Assembly: GCA_950097015.1 (NCBI GenBank)
Contig: CATNEN010000033.1
Coordinates: 5,146,001-5,210,000, forward strand
Origin: Macrostomum hystrix
Taxonomy: Eukaryota; Animalia; Platyhelminthes
Reading direction: 5' to 3'
DNA: 64,000 bases
Part shown: piece by piece, positions 37,219 to 48,822 of the stretch
How positions within the stretch are numbered: position 1 is the stretch's first letter
Layout: the number at the start of each line of letters is the position of its first letter
Translations under genes and position numbers: made by a program
The notes under the pieces: model-generated
What the model was told of the DNA's origin: nothing
Seen by the model: only the letters and a program-made list of their open reading frames with translations
Database searches by the model: none

Positions 37219-38245
37219 CTCTCACTGTCCAACTGCTCACTAACTCACCTGTCCACCTGCTGTCTCACTCACCTGTCCTCCTACTGTCTCACACACCTGT
37301 CCACCTACTGTCTCACACAACTGTCCACCTGCTGTCTCACTCACCTGTCCTCCTACTGTCTCACACACCTGTCCACCTACTGTCTCACTCACCTGTCCTC
37401 CTACTGTCTCACACACCTGTCCACCTACTGTCTCACAACTGTCCACCTGCTGTCTCACTCACCTGTCCTCCTACTGTCTCACACACCTGTCCACCTACTG
37501 TCTCACTCACCTGTCCTCCTACTGTCTCACACACCTGTCCACCTACTGTCTCACACAACTGTCCATCTACTGTCTCACACACCTGTCCATCTACTGTCTC
37601 ACACAACTGTCCACCTGCTGTCTCACTCACCTGTCCATCTACTGTCTCACACACCTGTCCACCTGCTGTCTCACTCACCTGTCCTCCTACTGTCTCACTC
37701 ACCTGTCCACCTGCTGTCTCACACCTGTCCACCTGCTGTCTCACTCACCTGTCCTCCTACTGTCTCACACACCTGTCCTCCTACTGTCTCACACACCTGT
37801 CCATCAACTGTCTCACTCACCTGTCCTCCTACTGTCTCACACACCTGTCCACCTACTGTCTCACACAACTGTCCACCTGCTGTCTCACTCACCTGTCCAT
37901 CTACTGTCTCACACACCTGTCCACCTGCTGTCTCACTCACCTGTCCTCCTACTGTCTCACTCACCTGTCCTCCTACTGTCTCACACACCTGTCCACCTGC
38001 TGTCTCACTCACCTGTCCTCCTACTGTCTCACTCACCTGTCCTCCTACTGTCTCACACCTGTCCACCTGCTGTCTCACTCACCTGTCCATCTACTGTCTC
38101 ACTCACCTGTCCTCCTACTGTCTCACACATGTCCACCTGCTGTCTCACTCACCTGTCCATCTGCTTTCTCACTCACCTGTCCATCTACTGTCTCACTGAC
38201 CTGACCATCTACTGTCTCACTGACCTGACCATCTACTGTCTCACA
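37219..38245. repeat. 24-bp (some 22-bp) minisatellite (ACTGTCTCACWCACCTGTCCWCCT), about 43 copies
   Basis: Direct tandem copies; source of the CETVGGQV ORFs. Confidence 0.96.
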
Positions 38246-38511
38246 GATATGTCTGCCTGCTCAGTTATATTTTGTAGCTGCAAAGCAGAGTGAAGAGGCA
38301 TGACCTGGTCTAAAATTGATGGAAAACTTCGTTTTCTTTTACTTTGATTTTAAACACGAAGCACTTGTTGCAGAACAGAACAGAATAACTTTTAACAGAA
38401 AATATACAGGCGTAATGCATGATTATCAGGATTACAGTGCAAAAAGCAAGACTGCAATTAAGATGGACTGTTTTTAATGGAGTAAGTGGCTGCTTCACCC
38501 ACTCCATACAC

Positions 38512-38657
38512 AGTGAGGTGCCCGCTGCCCTTCACCCACACTCAGTGAGGTGCCCGCTGCCCTTCACCCACACTCAGTCAGGTGCCCGCTGCCCTTCACC
38601 CACACTCAGTGAGGTGCCCACTGCCCTTCACCCACACTCAGTGAGGTGTCCGTCACT
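38512..38657. repeat. 32-bp minisatellite (GTGAGGTGCCCGCTGCCCTTCACCCACACTCA), about 4 copies
   Basis: Direct tandem copies, one with a small insertion. Confidence 0.9.
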
Positions 38658-38727
38658 CAGTGCAATGGCAGTATGAAAATACCGAAAATTTTCGTATAAA
38701 AGCAGTCAGTTATTTTAATATATTGAA

Positions 38728-41700
38728 TTAAAACTGCGTTGCCATGACAACCACCGAGTCCAGAGAGTCGCCCAGCAGAGGCGGCGGCGGTGGTGACGGC
38801 GGAGGCAGTGCAGTGAATGGCGTAGGCAACAGCGGCGCCGCAGCAGTCGCCGTACCCCGAGTCGAAGAGGACGACGCTGCCGTCGAAGACGGCCCAGCCG
38901 AAGCCGTGCCGTTGCCATGTCGACGTCGCCTGGCAGCCCGACTTCGCGCTCGCATTCTCCGACGGCCGAGAAGTCGAAGCCGCAGCACCTGGAAGACGCC
39001 AGTCACCAAGGCAAGGGCCACTTCCAGCACTTCGAAGAGGCCGACGAAGCTGACGCCGAGGTACAGTCCCAGCTGGCCGCCAATATCAGACATGAGCTGC
39101 GAGAACGGGAACTCGGCCGTCTCGACCACCATGTCCGAGTAGATGCTGCGGGCCCGCAGCTGCAGGTCTGAGCAGTCTGTGCGCAGCAGGTGGCTCACCG
39201 CCTGCACGGACATCGCCTGTGCCTGGTCTGCCAGCTCCGACTCGTTCCGCTCCGGATGCATGCGGCTCAGCACCTGGAAGGCGGCCTTCTGCGAGGGTCA
39301 GGCAATGGGGGTGGGTGGTGCACACTCTCCCTCTCTTCGCTTTCTTTTCGACTTGAATCAGGACCCGTCACTCCTCAGGACCCGTCACTCCTCAGGACCC
39401 GTCACTCCTCAGGACCCGTCACTCCTCAGGACCCGTCACTCCTCAGGACCCGTCACTCCTCAGGACCCGTCACTCCTCAGGACCCGTCACTCCTCAGGAC
39501 CCGTCACTCCTCAGGACCCGTCACTTCTCAGGACCCGTCACTCCTCAGGACCCGTCACTCCTCAGGACCCGTCACTCCTCAGGACCCGTCACTCCTCAGG
39601 ACCCGTCACTCCTCAGGACCCGTCACTCCTCAGGACCCGTCACTCCTCAGGACCCGTCACTCCTCAGGACCCGTCACTCCTCAGGACCCGTCACTCCTGC
39701 TAGTCAATCATGCTACTCAGGACCAGTCAATCATGCTACTCAGTACCAGTCAATCATGCTACTCAGGACCAGTCAATCATGCTATTCAGTACCAGTCAAT
39801 CATGCTACTCAGTACCAGTCAATCATGCTACTCAGTACCAGTCAATCATGCTACTCAGTACCAGTCAATCATGCTACTCAGTACCAGTCAATCATGCTAC
39901 TCAGGACCAGTCAATCATGCTACTCAGGACCAGTCAATCATGCTACTCAGTACCAGTCAATCATGCTACTCAGTACCAGTCAATCATGCTACTCAGTACC
40001 AGTCAATCATGCTACTCAGTACCAGTCAATCATGCTACTCAGGACCAGTCAATCATGCTACTCAGGACCAGTCAATCATGCTACTCAGTACCAGTCAATC
40101 ATGCTACTCAGTACCAGTCAATCATGCTACTCAGTACCAGTCAATCATGCTACTCAGTACCAGTCAATCATGCTACTCAGTACCAGTCAATCATACTCAG
40201 GACCAGTCAATCATGCTACTCAGACCTGTCCTTGTTGCAAGCTTTCTTTCACCGAAGTCAGAATCGAGTCCTATATAAGATTCCATGGGTATCAGGTACC
40301 AAGTCATAATTATTATTTTAATCCGAAATCTTTAACAAAATCATTAATCCTTGTACGCCCTACGTGGAAAATTCTCACTTGATTGTCAATTATGGTAGAT
40401 AAATTAAGCTTAGGAAAAGCACGGTGTGAACTTATCAATAAATCAATGCACAATGAAAGCTTAGATTTTGCGACATTCTTTGTCTTTAGTCAGCGACGCC
40501 AGAAATCCGTTGAATGGACGAGCCCGACGACATGAATTTTTGAAAGTGCAAATCCGCAGCGCTGAGACGGCATCGATCACGCAGTCAGCCGCCTGAGCTG
40601 GCCAGTATTGATTCGCGCAGACTTCTTAAGTCCCCTGGCCAAAATTCCCCCATCCACTAGGGGCAGTGGAGACAGCAAAGCTTAATTGATTTCTATGTGA
40701 GCTGGCCGCGCTGCTGCTCTAATCTTAGAGATTCCCGGCTACTCTCGGCGCAGATAGCATTCTCTGATCCTCGTAGCACGGCTGCCACCGGCGACTTGGA
40801 GCTGAGCGATGCTTTTTAATGCCGCTGTTTTGGGTTTCCGAAGCCTTGTATGGCTTGTGAATAATAGCTTACAGCCTCTGCCCTGCCTGCCCTGCCTGCC
40901 TGCCCTGTCTGCCCTGCCCTGCCCTGTCTGCCCTGCCCTGTCTGCCTGCCCTGCCTGCCTGCCCTGCCTGCCCTGCCTGCCCTGTCTGCCTGCCCTGTCT
41001 GCCTGCCCTGCCCTGTCTGCCCTGCCTGCCCTGCCTGCCCTTCCTGCCTGCCCTGCCTGCCCTGCCCTGCCTGCCCTGCCTGCCCTGCCTGCCCTGCCTG
41101 CCCTGCCTGCCTGCCCTTCCCTGCCTGCCCTGCCTGCCTGCCCTTCCCTGCCTGCCCTGCCTGCCTGCCCTTCCCTGCCTGCCCTGCCTGCCTGCCCTTC
41201 CCTGCCTGCCCTGCCTGCCTGCCCTGCCTGCCCTTCCCTGCCTGCCCTGCCTGCCTGCCCCTCCCTGCCTGCCCTGCCTGCCCTTCCCTGCCTGCCCTGC
41301 CTGCCCTGCCTGCCCTGCCTGCCCTGCCTGCCTGCCCTTCCCTGCCTGCCCTGCCTGCCTGCCCTTCCCTGCCTGCCCTGCCTGCCTGCCCTTCCCTGCC
41401 TGCCCTGCCTGCCTGCCCTGCCTGCCCTTCCCTGCCTGCCCTGCCTGCCTGCCCCTCCCTGCCTGCCCTGCCTGCCCTTCCCTGCCTGCCCTGCCTGCCC
41501 TGCCTGCCTGCCCTGCCCCACCCCCTCCGCCTTCTCCGCCTACGCCCTGCAGTGAGAAGGAAGCGCTTTTTATCCTTTCTCATATTTTCCCACGTCTCAT
41601 CTGCCTTGCAGTTCCAGCTGAAAAATTCCATCATACTAATATACATTAAGCTGAAGGCAGGTGAGAAGGCAGGTGAGAGTCAGACCCAATCTCATTGGCA

Positions 41701-43252
41701 GCAATATCCAATTCCATCCGTTCAAGTGTTTCGGCCAGTCACCACTGAAATCAAGTCCCACATGGCGAATGGCATCGCATACGAACGAGTTCAAGTTGAA
41801 GTGAGAGAAATTTCGATATTTTGCGTACAATTAATTCATTTGCATAACTTCTCCCTACATTCAAGTACCGCAGTATTCTTTTGTGACTACTCGTAAGAGA
41901 TGCACTTTTGAAAGATGGCTTTTCAAGTCACGTGACACAACTGAAACTAAACGAAATAGCGGTTTATCTGAGCTCACCCGCATCAGGTCCAGCCTGGCCG
42001 GGTTCATCATCTCGGACCAAAGTTCGGGCCACATGTAGTCCGAGCCCTCAATGATGTACTCCGTGTGGACGCACAGGCCGTCCTTCACATGGCCGCACTG
42101 GGCAGCCAGGAGGGCTTGGAAGAGCTCCTCGTTGGAGAAGTGCCAGTACACTGCGGCCAGGCACCTGGCGTTTGCTAGCAGCTGGTCGCGGCTGAAGGCG
42201 CTCATGTTGAAGCAGAGCCTTGGCGTGGAGTTGTCGAACTTGAATGCCGGCAGGAACGGGCTGTGGCAGCTGCAGTTGGTGAAGTATTGCCTTGCGGACA
42301 CCAAAATCTTGCACAGGTCGTAGTCCAGCTTCACCGGCCTGGCCTCCTGAAGCGATGTGTCGTACAATTCAACGAATTCCTCCCGCTCTCGACAGTTGCG
42401 CTTCTGGCGCAGCAGGTGGCTCACAACCGCTTTGAAGTTGACCCGCTGTGAATGGCCAGGAACAATCATGATGCCCTCGTCTGTTGGCAGCGTGCCGGGA
42501 TAGTGGACGAACAGGCGCGTGCCCTGGTGCGAGTAGGCCGAGTTGAATAGCATGTACGAGTGAAAGTCGTTCAGGATGACGAAAAACAGGCCCTGCAGGT
42601 GGTGATGGTTTGACTGGTTCTGGAACATGCGGCTAGTGTGCAGGGTGAGGCAGGGCGTGCGGTAGCGGTGGAAGTTTGTGGTGGCCGTCAGAAACTTGGC
42701 GGGCAGAGAGTCCAGCTGCTCCACGCTGGAGTCAACCTGAACATTTAGCGAGATGGCGCGCTGTCCAGTGTTGTAGCCCACGGCAGCCAAGCTCTTCTGT
42801 ATGCCCTCCAGGGTGACGATCTGCACGGTGGACAGAGCCAGGGTGAGGTTCACCAGGATGAAGTCCTCCAAGTCGGCCTGAGTCTCCATGCGGGCGCGAT
42901 CGCGAAACAGGCGAAAAAACTGCAGCATGTCTTCGGAGCGCTGGAACAGCGAAGCGTTGGCCAGGGCCTCCTGCCACTTGGCGTTGGCATCGCGCCCTGA
43001 CAGGCTCACCGGCACGTTGTTGCAGAAGGTCAGATCTGGCCAGTCCATCAGCACGGCGTTAGGAAAGTAAGAGGTTAATAGCGGCAAGGAGCGGAAGTGG
43101 TCCAGCGTGAAGGAAACGTTGTAAATGAAGGCAACGAGGCCTGTGAGGCACAGGGTGGCCCAGAAGGCCTGGCCCAAGCGGCTGTGCGAGTTGGACGCGT
43201 GGGCGAGGCCGTGTACAGTGGAACGCTGGAAAACAGCTGTCAGCTGGTGCAT
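38728..43252 (-). CDS. DEG/ENaC (ASIC/degenerin-like) amiloride-sensitive sodium channel, about 611 aa
   Basis: Exon 43252-41978: STVHG motif, TM1 FWATLCLTGLVAFIYNV, WPDLTFCN and the Cys-rich thumb; donor CGG|GTGAG. Exon 39288-38728 after acceptor CTCGCAG: SQLMSDIGGQLGLYLGVSFVGLFEVLE (TM2, GxS filter). Phase 0 join. The true start may lie further upstream. Confidence 0.92.
39359..39697. repeat. 17-bp minisatellite (CAGGACCCGTCACTCCT), about 20 copies, in the DEG/ENaC intron
   Basis: Direct tandem copies. Confidence 0.96.
39700..40224. repeat. 23-bp minisatellite (CAGTCAATCATGCTACTCAGKAC), about 22 copies, in the DEG/ENaC intron
   Basis: Direct tandem copies abutting the 17-bp array. Confidence 0.96.
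40877..41515. repeat. (CCTG/CCCTG)n microsatellite-like tract in the DEG/ENaC intron
   Basis: Continuous CCTG/CCCTG/CCCTT iterations. Confidence 0.95.
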
Positions 43253-45150
43253 TGTGACTATACAGGCTGGCACTTCGGGAGAGCTGCTGTTTATGTCATG
43301 GATTTGCTACCGTATTAGTAATCGGCCCTTAATTAAAAAGAGGATACGAAATGTCTGGTTCTTGAGTTACATCTCTGTATAGGACTCCCCTCTGCAACTG
43401 TATTTCTGCCTATCCGACACGCGCTTTATTGGTCCAATTCTTTCTGCCAATCGAATCCAATATTGTGAGCTGGCGCGATAAAATGGCTATTATAGACGAC
43501 TGTGTCTCTACACTCTACAGTTTACGGCACATTTTAATAATAGCCGTAGCTGTCAATAACTCAAGCTGTATGATGCGATTATCAATTGAAAGCTTTTTGA
43601 TTTAGATTTTATTTTAATTTTTTGTATCAAATTCTAATTAAAAAAACTCATTCTTAGTATTACGAAAGCATGCACTTCAATAAAAACGGATACTTAAAAA
43701 ATATAGCACTAGCTAATCCCTGTTCTTACAATTTCTCAGAAAGTGCGAATTGGTGCGAATTGTTCAGTCTGAGGTTCAATAAATTATAATTAGCAAGAAG
43801 TATTAAATTAAAAAATTCACATTTTCTTGAATAGCAATCACTACTTTTTCTACCAGTTCCGCTTATAGAGCATTGATTGACCGATAGTTTTCTAAAAAGA
43901 CCGGAAAATATACGTCATGTGCCAATTAGGACAGTAATACTAAAACAAATAAAATGACGCGCTATGCCGATCAGATAATCAGTCACATATAAACGATGCA
44001 AACATATAATTAATTAGTTAATAAGTCTGCTACAAACATTAAAAACAATGGACTACTTGCTTTTGCTTAAATTTTAAAACGATTTTCATTCGTCGAACAA
44101 TTTTTTTATTATTGATCTTACTTGCCGATTACACTAATTCGCGTCGTGTATCGGCATTTAATGTTTATTACCTATTTCTAACTGGGGATTGCCTACATAA
44201 AGAAAAGTTCCGGATAAACTTTTGTGTTTTATTAAAAGTATAGCTAAACTATTATAGTTAAAAAAGAATGTAAAGCATGTTTTTTGTTACACACGTGATT
44301 CTGTTAGGTATTCAGTTTTTGTTATTTACAGGCTTAACTTACATTGCTGTTCTTGTTACATTACATTACAGGCTTGTTACTATTAGTTCTATGTGTGCGT
44401 TATACCCACATCGAGCACTAAGTGTGCATGATGAGAATTGGGTGTGAGGCAAGTACACACTAATGTCACTAACCATGCACACATAATTTGGCAGGCAAAA
44501 CAGATGCACACCCAACATTTTTGGCATATTCTACATGATCCTGACTAGAGTAATAGAATTCAACAATGCTAACTAATTTTAGCTTGCCCATGGCACCTAG
44601 AACACAACACAATGTGTTCAACTGTGCCTGTCTTTGGGGCCCGTCCATGTCTGTTGTTGGCTACCCACAAGTGTTTTTTCAAGCAGCAGTTAAGAAGGAA
44701 AAGCACACATACCAACACTATATGCTTATGGCTTTATGCTCCTGCTGTGCTTTAGAAAAATCAGAGAAGCAGACCATAGATTGTCAGCTTTTTTCTATAC
44801 AGGTAGCTTGTCCTAACCTTATTTATAGCATTGCAAATGTACTTTTATACTCTAATTTGTGGCATAAGTATGGTTTTGTTTGTTAAACTCAAATTCGGCC
44901 AAAAAAATCGTCTATGGCCAAAATAAACCCCATGGTCGGTGGTGCTGACATGGCAGTTTAGCTGGTGAGGAGCACGTTTTTTTAATTCAAATCAGATACT
45001 TTTTGATATGGCTGGCAGATGCCCATCAGCACCGATTGTCCTCATCCCTGCCAACGAGGTGGAGAACCCGGCCATGCTGGAGCACCCCCATGCGACCTAC
45101 GATCCATACATGCTGTCACAGTGGCTGGCGATGAAGGTGCAAGGGCCACG

Positions 45151-45327
45151 ATGCACTTCCTTGCAAAGTACCACCTAATTGCGAATAGTCGCCAATGCTG
45201 CGGACAAGCTATGAAGCTTCAGCGCCGGCAAGTAGAATGGTTTATAGATGGTTGGGCCTAGAGTTGTAACACCTGCCATGGCCAATCTTCAGTGTGAAAG
45301 GGCTCCATTTTTGACGGTAGCTAGCTT
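45151..45327 (+). mobile_element. Relic of a Merlin/ISXO2 (IS1595-like) transposase N-terminal zinc-ribbon region
   Basis: Reads MHFLAKYHLIANSRQCCGQAMKL...DGWA*SCNTCHGQSSV*KGSIFDGS*L. This fits FL...C.CG..M.L...DG..W.C..C....S.R.GS.F..S.L, with stops at the W, R and K positions, each reachable by one substitution. Confidence 0.6.
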
Positions 45328-47146
45328 TAGGTAGCTTCTACCCAAAGGACATTATTCTGACATTTCTCCATGTTACATGTTATCCTTGTTACGCCAGTTA
45401 TCGTTTTTCGCGCGAACAAAACCATACTTATGCCCAATTTGTTTAAACTCTGAAAATTAGCATTTTGAACTTCTTTTGGAGCCTTTAATTCAGAATTTCT
45501 AAAAGTAAAGCAAGCTATCAGTTTTGGCTTAAAGTTTTTTCGCTTTAGGAAAATTTTCTGAAAGTAGGGAAGCAAATGCCTAAAATCTTTAGTAGTTAAG
45601 CATGAAATTTTATTTTTATTACACAGAAAAAGTTGTCTGTCTAATGCTTTACTAAGAATAATAAAATTATAAAGAGGGCTCCTATCAAACCATAAGACAT
45701 TATAAAAATGTATTGACTAAAATGCTTAAACACACTTGAGTCCATTCTTTGGACCACAACTAATATGTCATCATAATTCAAAAAGAAATTAATAAAAATG
45801 AATACCTAAAATTAAATTAGTTAATTGTCAAAGTCAATCAGATTGTACCAAGTCTACCTAGATGCCTTCAAAAAAGAAAATGCCATAGTCAGAATAGTGG
45901 TAGAGTGTGCACAGGAACACATTTTTGTGTTTTTGTGGTTAACCTAAATATTTTAGCATTTAATTTAAATGCTAAAATATAAAAATTTAATGTTGTGACA
46001 ATATTGTAGGACTTATTTGGGACTTAGTTTCTTAGAAAATCCTTCGAATGAAGAAAAAAGTTATTAACTAATAATGATGATAATAATGAAACTAATATTC
46101 CTAAAAATTCAGATAATATAATTATCTTTTTATCTTTTGTAAGATAATACAACAATTTTTTTGATAATATAATTATAGTTTTTTTGTATATTTAGTATTA
46201 TAATAATATTTTATAATAATAGTTTAACTATAATTCATTTTATGAATGTGCAGTCATTGCCAGCATTCACTGTGGTGACAAGGCAATAGAGGATACAGCC
46301 CTATATACTGAGCTTGCTAGTCCTTGTGTGGATGTGGGCTTAGTATAAAATGTTTGCAATCTATTATGAGGATTTGTTGAATAATATTGTGCATTTTTTA
46401 TGTATTTAATATATAATGTTATACACTTTATTTAAATATCTAAATAATAAATACTTCATTTAATTAGGAGCCTACATAAATTGCCTAATTTATCTACCAT
46501 TATCACATTTTAAAAATATTGATATTCAGTTCAGTATTTTATTGATAACTAAAGTACAAATAAATATTAAAAGAAAATCAGTGGACAGCAATTCAGCCTG
46601 CAAGCTGAGGAGCATGAATTAATTCAGCAATGATGCTGAGGGATTGCCTACCTACATGTCAGTGACAAGGTGGAGATGAATAATTGAGATAATTGTATGA
46701 ATAATATTTCTTATTAAGAAGACAAAGGAAATATTAGTGAGCTTTAATAAAATTTCTAAAAATGTGTTAGCTAGCTTGCTAAAGTTTCCCTCATACTTTT
46801 GGATTCCTAGAATTATTTGCACTAATTTAAACTAGCCTTAATAAGAGTAGAAATTGGTCATACTTTTAAAGGCTGTTTGTTAGTAAAGAAGCAAAAAAGT
46901 TTTTTTAATCTTAGCTATCATTATCTAATTTAGCAGGCATTTTTTGCTTGAAAGATGTCTGAAAGTATATCACAATTATGCTTTCAAGCCTCATTTTCTG
47001 CTGCAGTTCAAAGTGCCACAGAGCTTGTGTAGCATGAGTCACTGAACATAAAATTCTTACATATATTCCAGCTACACAAGACTCTGTAAACTGCTTAGTT
47101 TTCATTCTGTTCCAAAAAACGTGAACAGTTTCACTATAAGCAAGCA

Positions 47147-48167
47147 ATGGAACGCCGATTCATTTCGGAGAAACAATTGGCTGACATCGCCGAGCAGCGG
47201 AAGAAAGACCGCGGCCAGGCTGCCGACGATGAGGAACCCTACGATCCGCGATCGCTCTACGAACGGCTGCAGGAGCAGAAGGATAAAAAGCAGGCCGAAT
47301 TTGACGAGCAGCACGCCATGCGTAATCAGGTGCGAATTTCCTTGTCTTCATTTGCAATATTAGTTTATTATTGGCCGACGCAGCGCTGATATTGACTAGT
47401 CGAAGCAGGCCCAGTACAGTACTCTTACACCGGCAGTTCCGCCTAATCATCTACTTACTAGGTTACTAGTCCGGGACCCGGGAGAAATATGACATAGGAT
47501 AGATGAGACAGCTAAGAGATTAGGCATAGGAAAGATAAGCCATGTAAGTTGAAACAAGATAATCAAATTTCAACTTGACACCCAGCCATGAGCATCTTAC
47601 CCTTCAGCATTTATTGTTTCCCGCCATCCAACTGGCGCTCAGGTGTCTCGCATCACCGAAGACGAAGCCCGCTTCCTGTCCGAAGTAGCCGAGCGTCAAA
47701 TTGCCGAGGAGCGCCGGCGTCGTGATGAAGACCGCGCCATCATCGAGGCCTACAATCGGGCTGTTCAGAGTCGTAAGCCAGCAACTGGCGCTGAGCCGGC
47801 TGCTGACGGCACCCCGACTCTCACAGTGTCCATCTCCGTCTCAGCTAGCAGCGGGCCCGGCCCGGTGGATGCCGCCGGTACCAGAAAGACCAGCTGTCAG
47901 CGCAGCCTGCTTGGCCGGGCCGTTGCTGTTAAGCGGAAGCTGCCAGCCTCCGGTGCAACTGACGAACCGCCGAGTCAGCTGCAGCCGCCGAAGCAATCTC
48001 AGCCTGAGCTGGCAGCAGCTGCTGCTGATGGCTCTATAAAAGAATCAAGCCGGAGTCATGCCGTACCATCCTTGTTAGCCGCATATAGTACTGACTCAGA
48101 GGACGAGGGTTCGAATCCGGGCTCTGAGAATGAAACAAATGCGGATAAAAACAAGGCTGATTCGTGA
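47147..48167 (+). CDS. PSME3IP1: PSME3-interacting protein (FAM192A/NIP30), about 235 aa
   Basis: Exons 47147-47329 and 47643-48167 (phase 0). RFISEKQL...YDPRSLYERLQEQKDKKQAEFDEQ...NQ|VSRITEDEARFLSEV and C-terminal LLAAYSTDSEDE. AATAAA at about 48268. Confidence 0.93.
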
Positions 48168-48822
48168 TTCACAAAAATATGACCTTTTGCATTTCCTACT
48201 GCACTCCAATTTACTCATTTGTTGGATTATTTGAGTGTACATACCTACTTATCACTGTACAGTTTATTAATAAACTTTTATTAGTAATTATTAGTAAATG
48301 TTTATTAGTAAAAGCGCGGTCAGCCTTCATAAGCTTGCTCTCTTTTACTTTTTTATTTCTGTCCTTTTTCCCATTCTAGGCATGCTGAGTGATATGCGGC
48401 TAATGCAGTTGCAGAATAGTTTTGCTTGCGCATTTCCTGCGCGCCGGCGCACACACTAGCCCAGCTGATTCGGGCGGGTGGCACGCGGATGCAATAAATG
48501 CCTATTTTATTTCTCCTATTGATTTTGATTTCCCAATCGCTTCTCTTTCGTCATTCTCTCTGCCCCGCTAGCTGTAGGAAGTGGATTGAAATGGGATCAA
48601 TTTAAAGAAAATCCTGAACAGCTCAGTCGGTATGAGTAGGGCGGCAGCGCTAGCTGGGCCCGGAAAAATATTTCCTCAAACAGGAATGCGGGGCCTCTTC
48701 CACCCTCACCCTCTCAGCAGTTAATTGGCACACTGTCGAATATTTAAGAGTCGGGCCTCAGTCAGGCCGCATTAGTTTAAAACAGTTTGCTTCCTCATTG
48801 TGCCCCTTCCGCTTGCCCCTCG

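Noticed and set aside
36977-37240. 87-aa minus-strand ORF between two arrays
   Set aside because: GTG start at an array edge, no recognisable motif and no frame-consistent partner exon found; it cannot be excluded as an exon but is unsupported.
37198-41646. Repeat-derived ORFs (CETVGGQV, PVTPQDPSLL, GRAGRQ, LPALPAC)
   Set aside because: They are translations of minisatellites inside or beside the DEG/ENaC gene.
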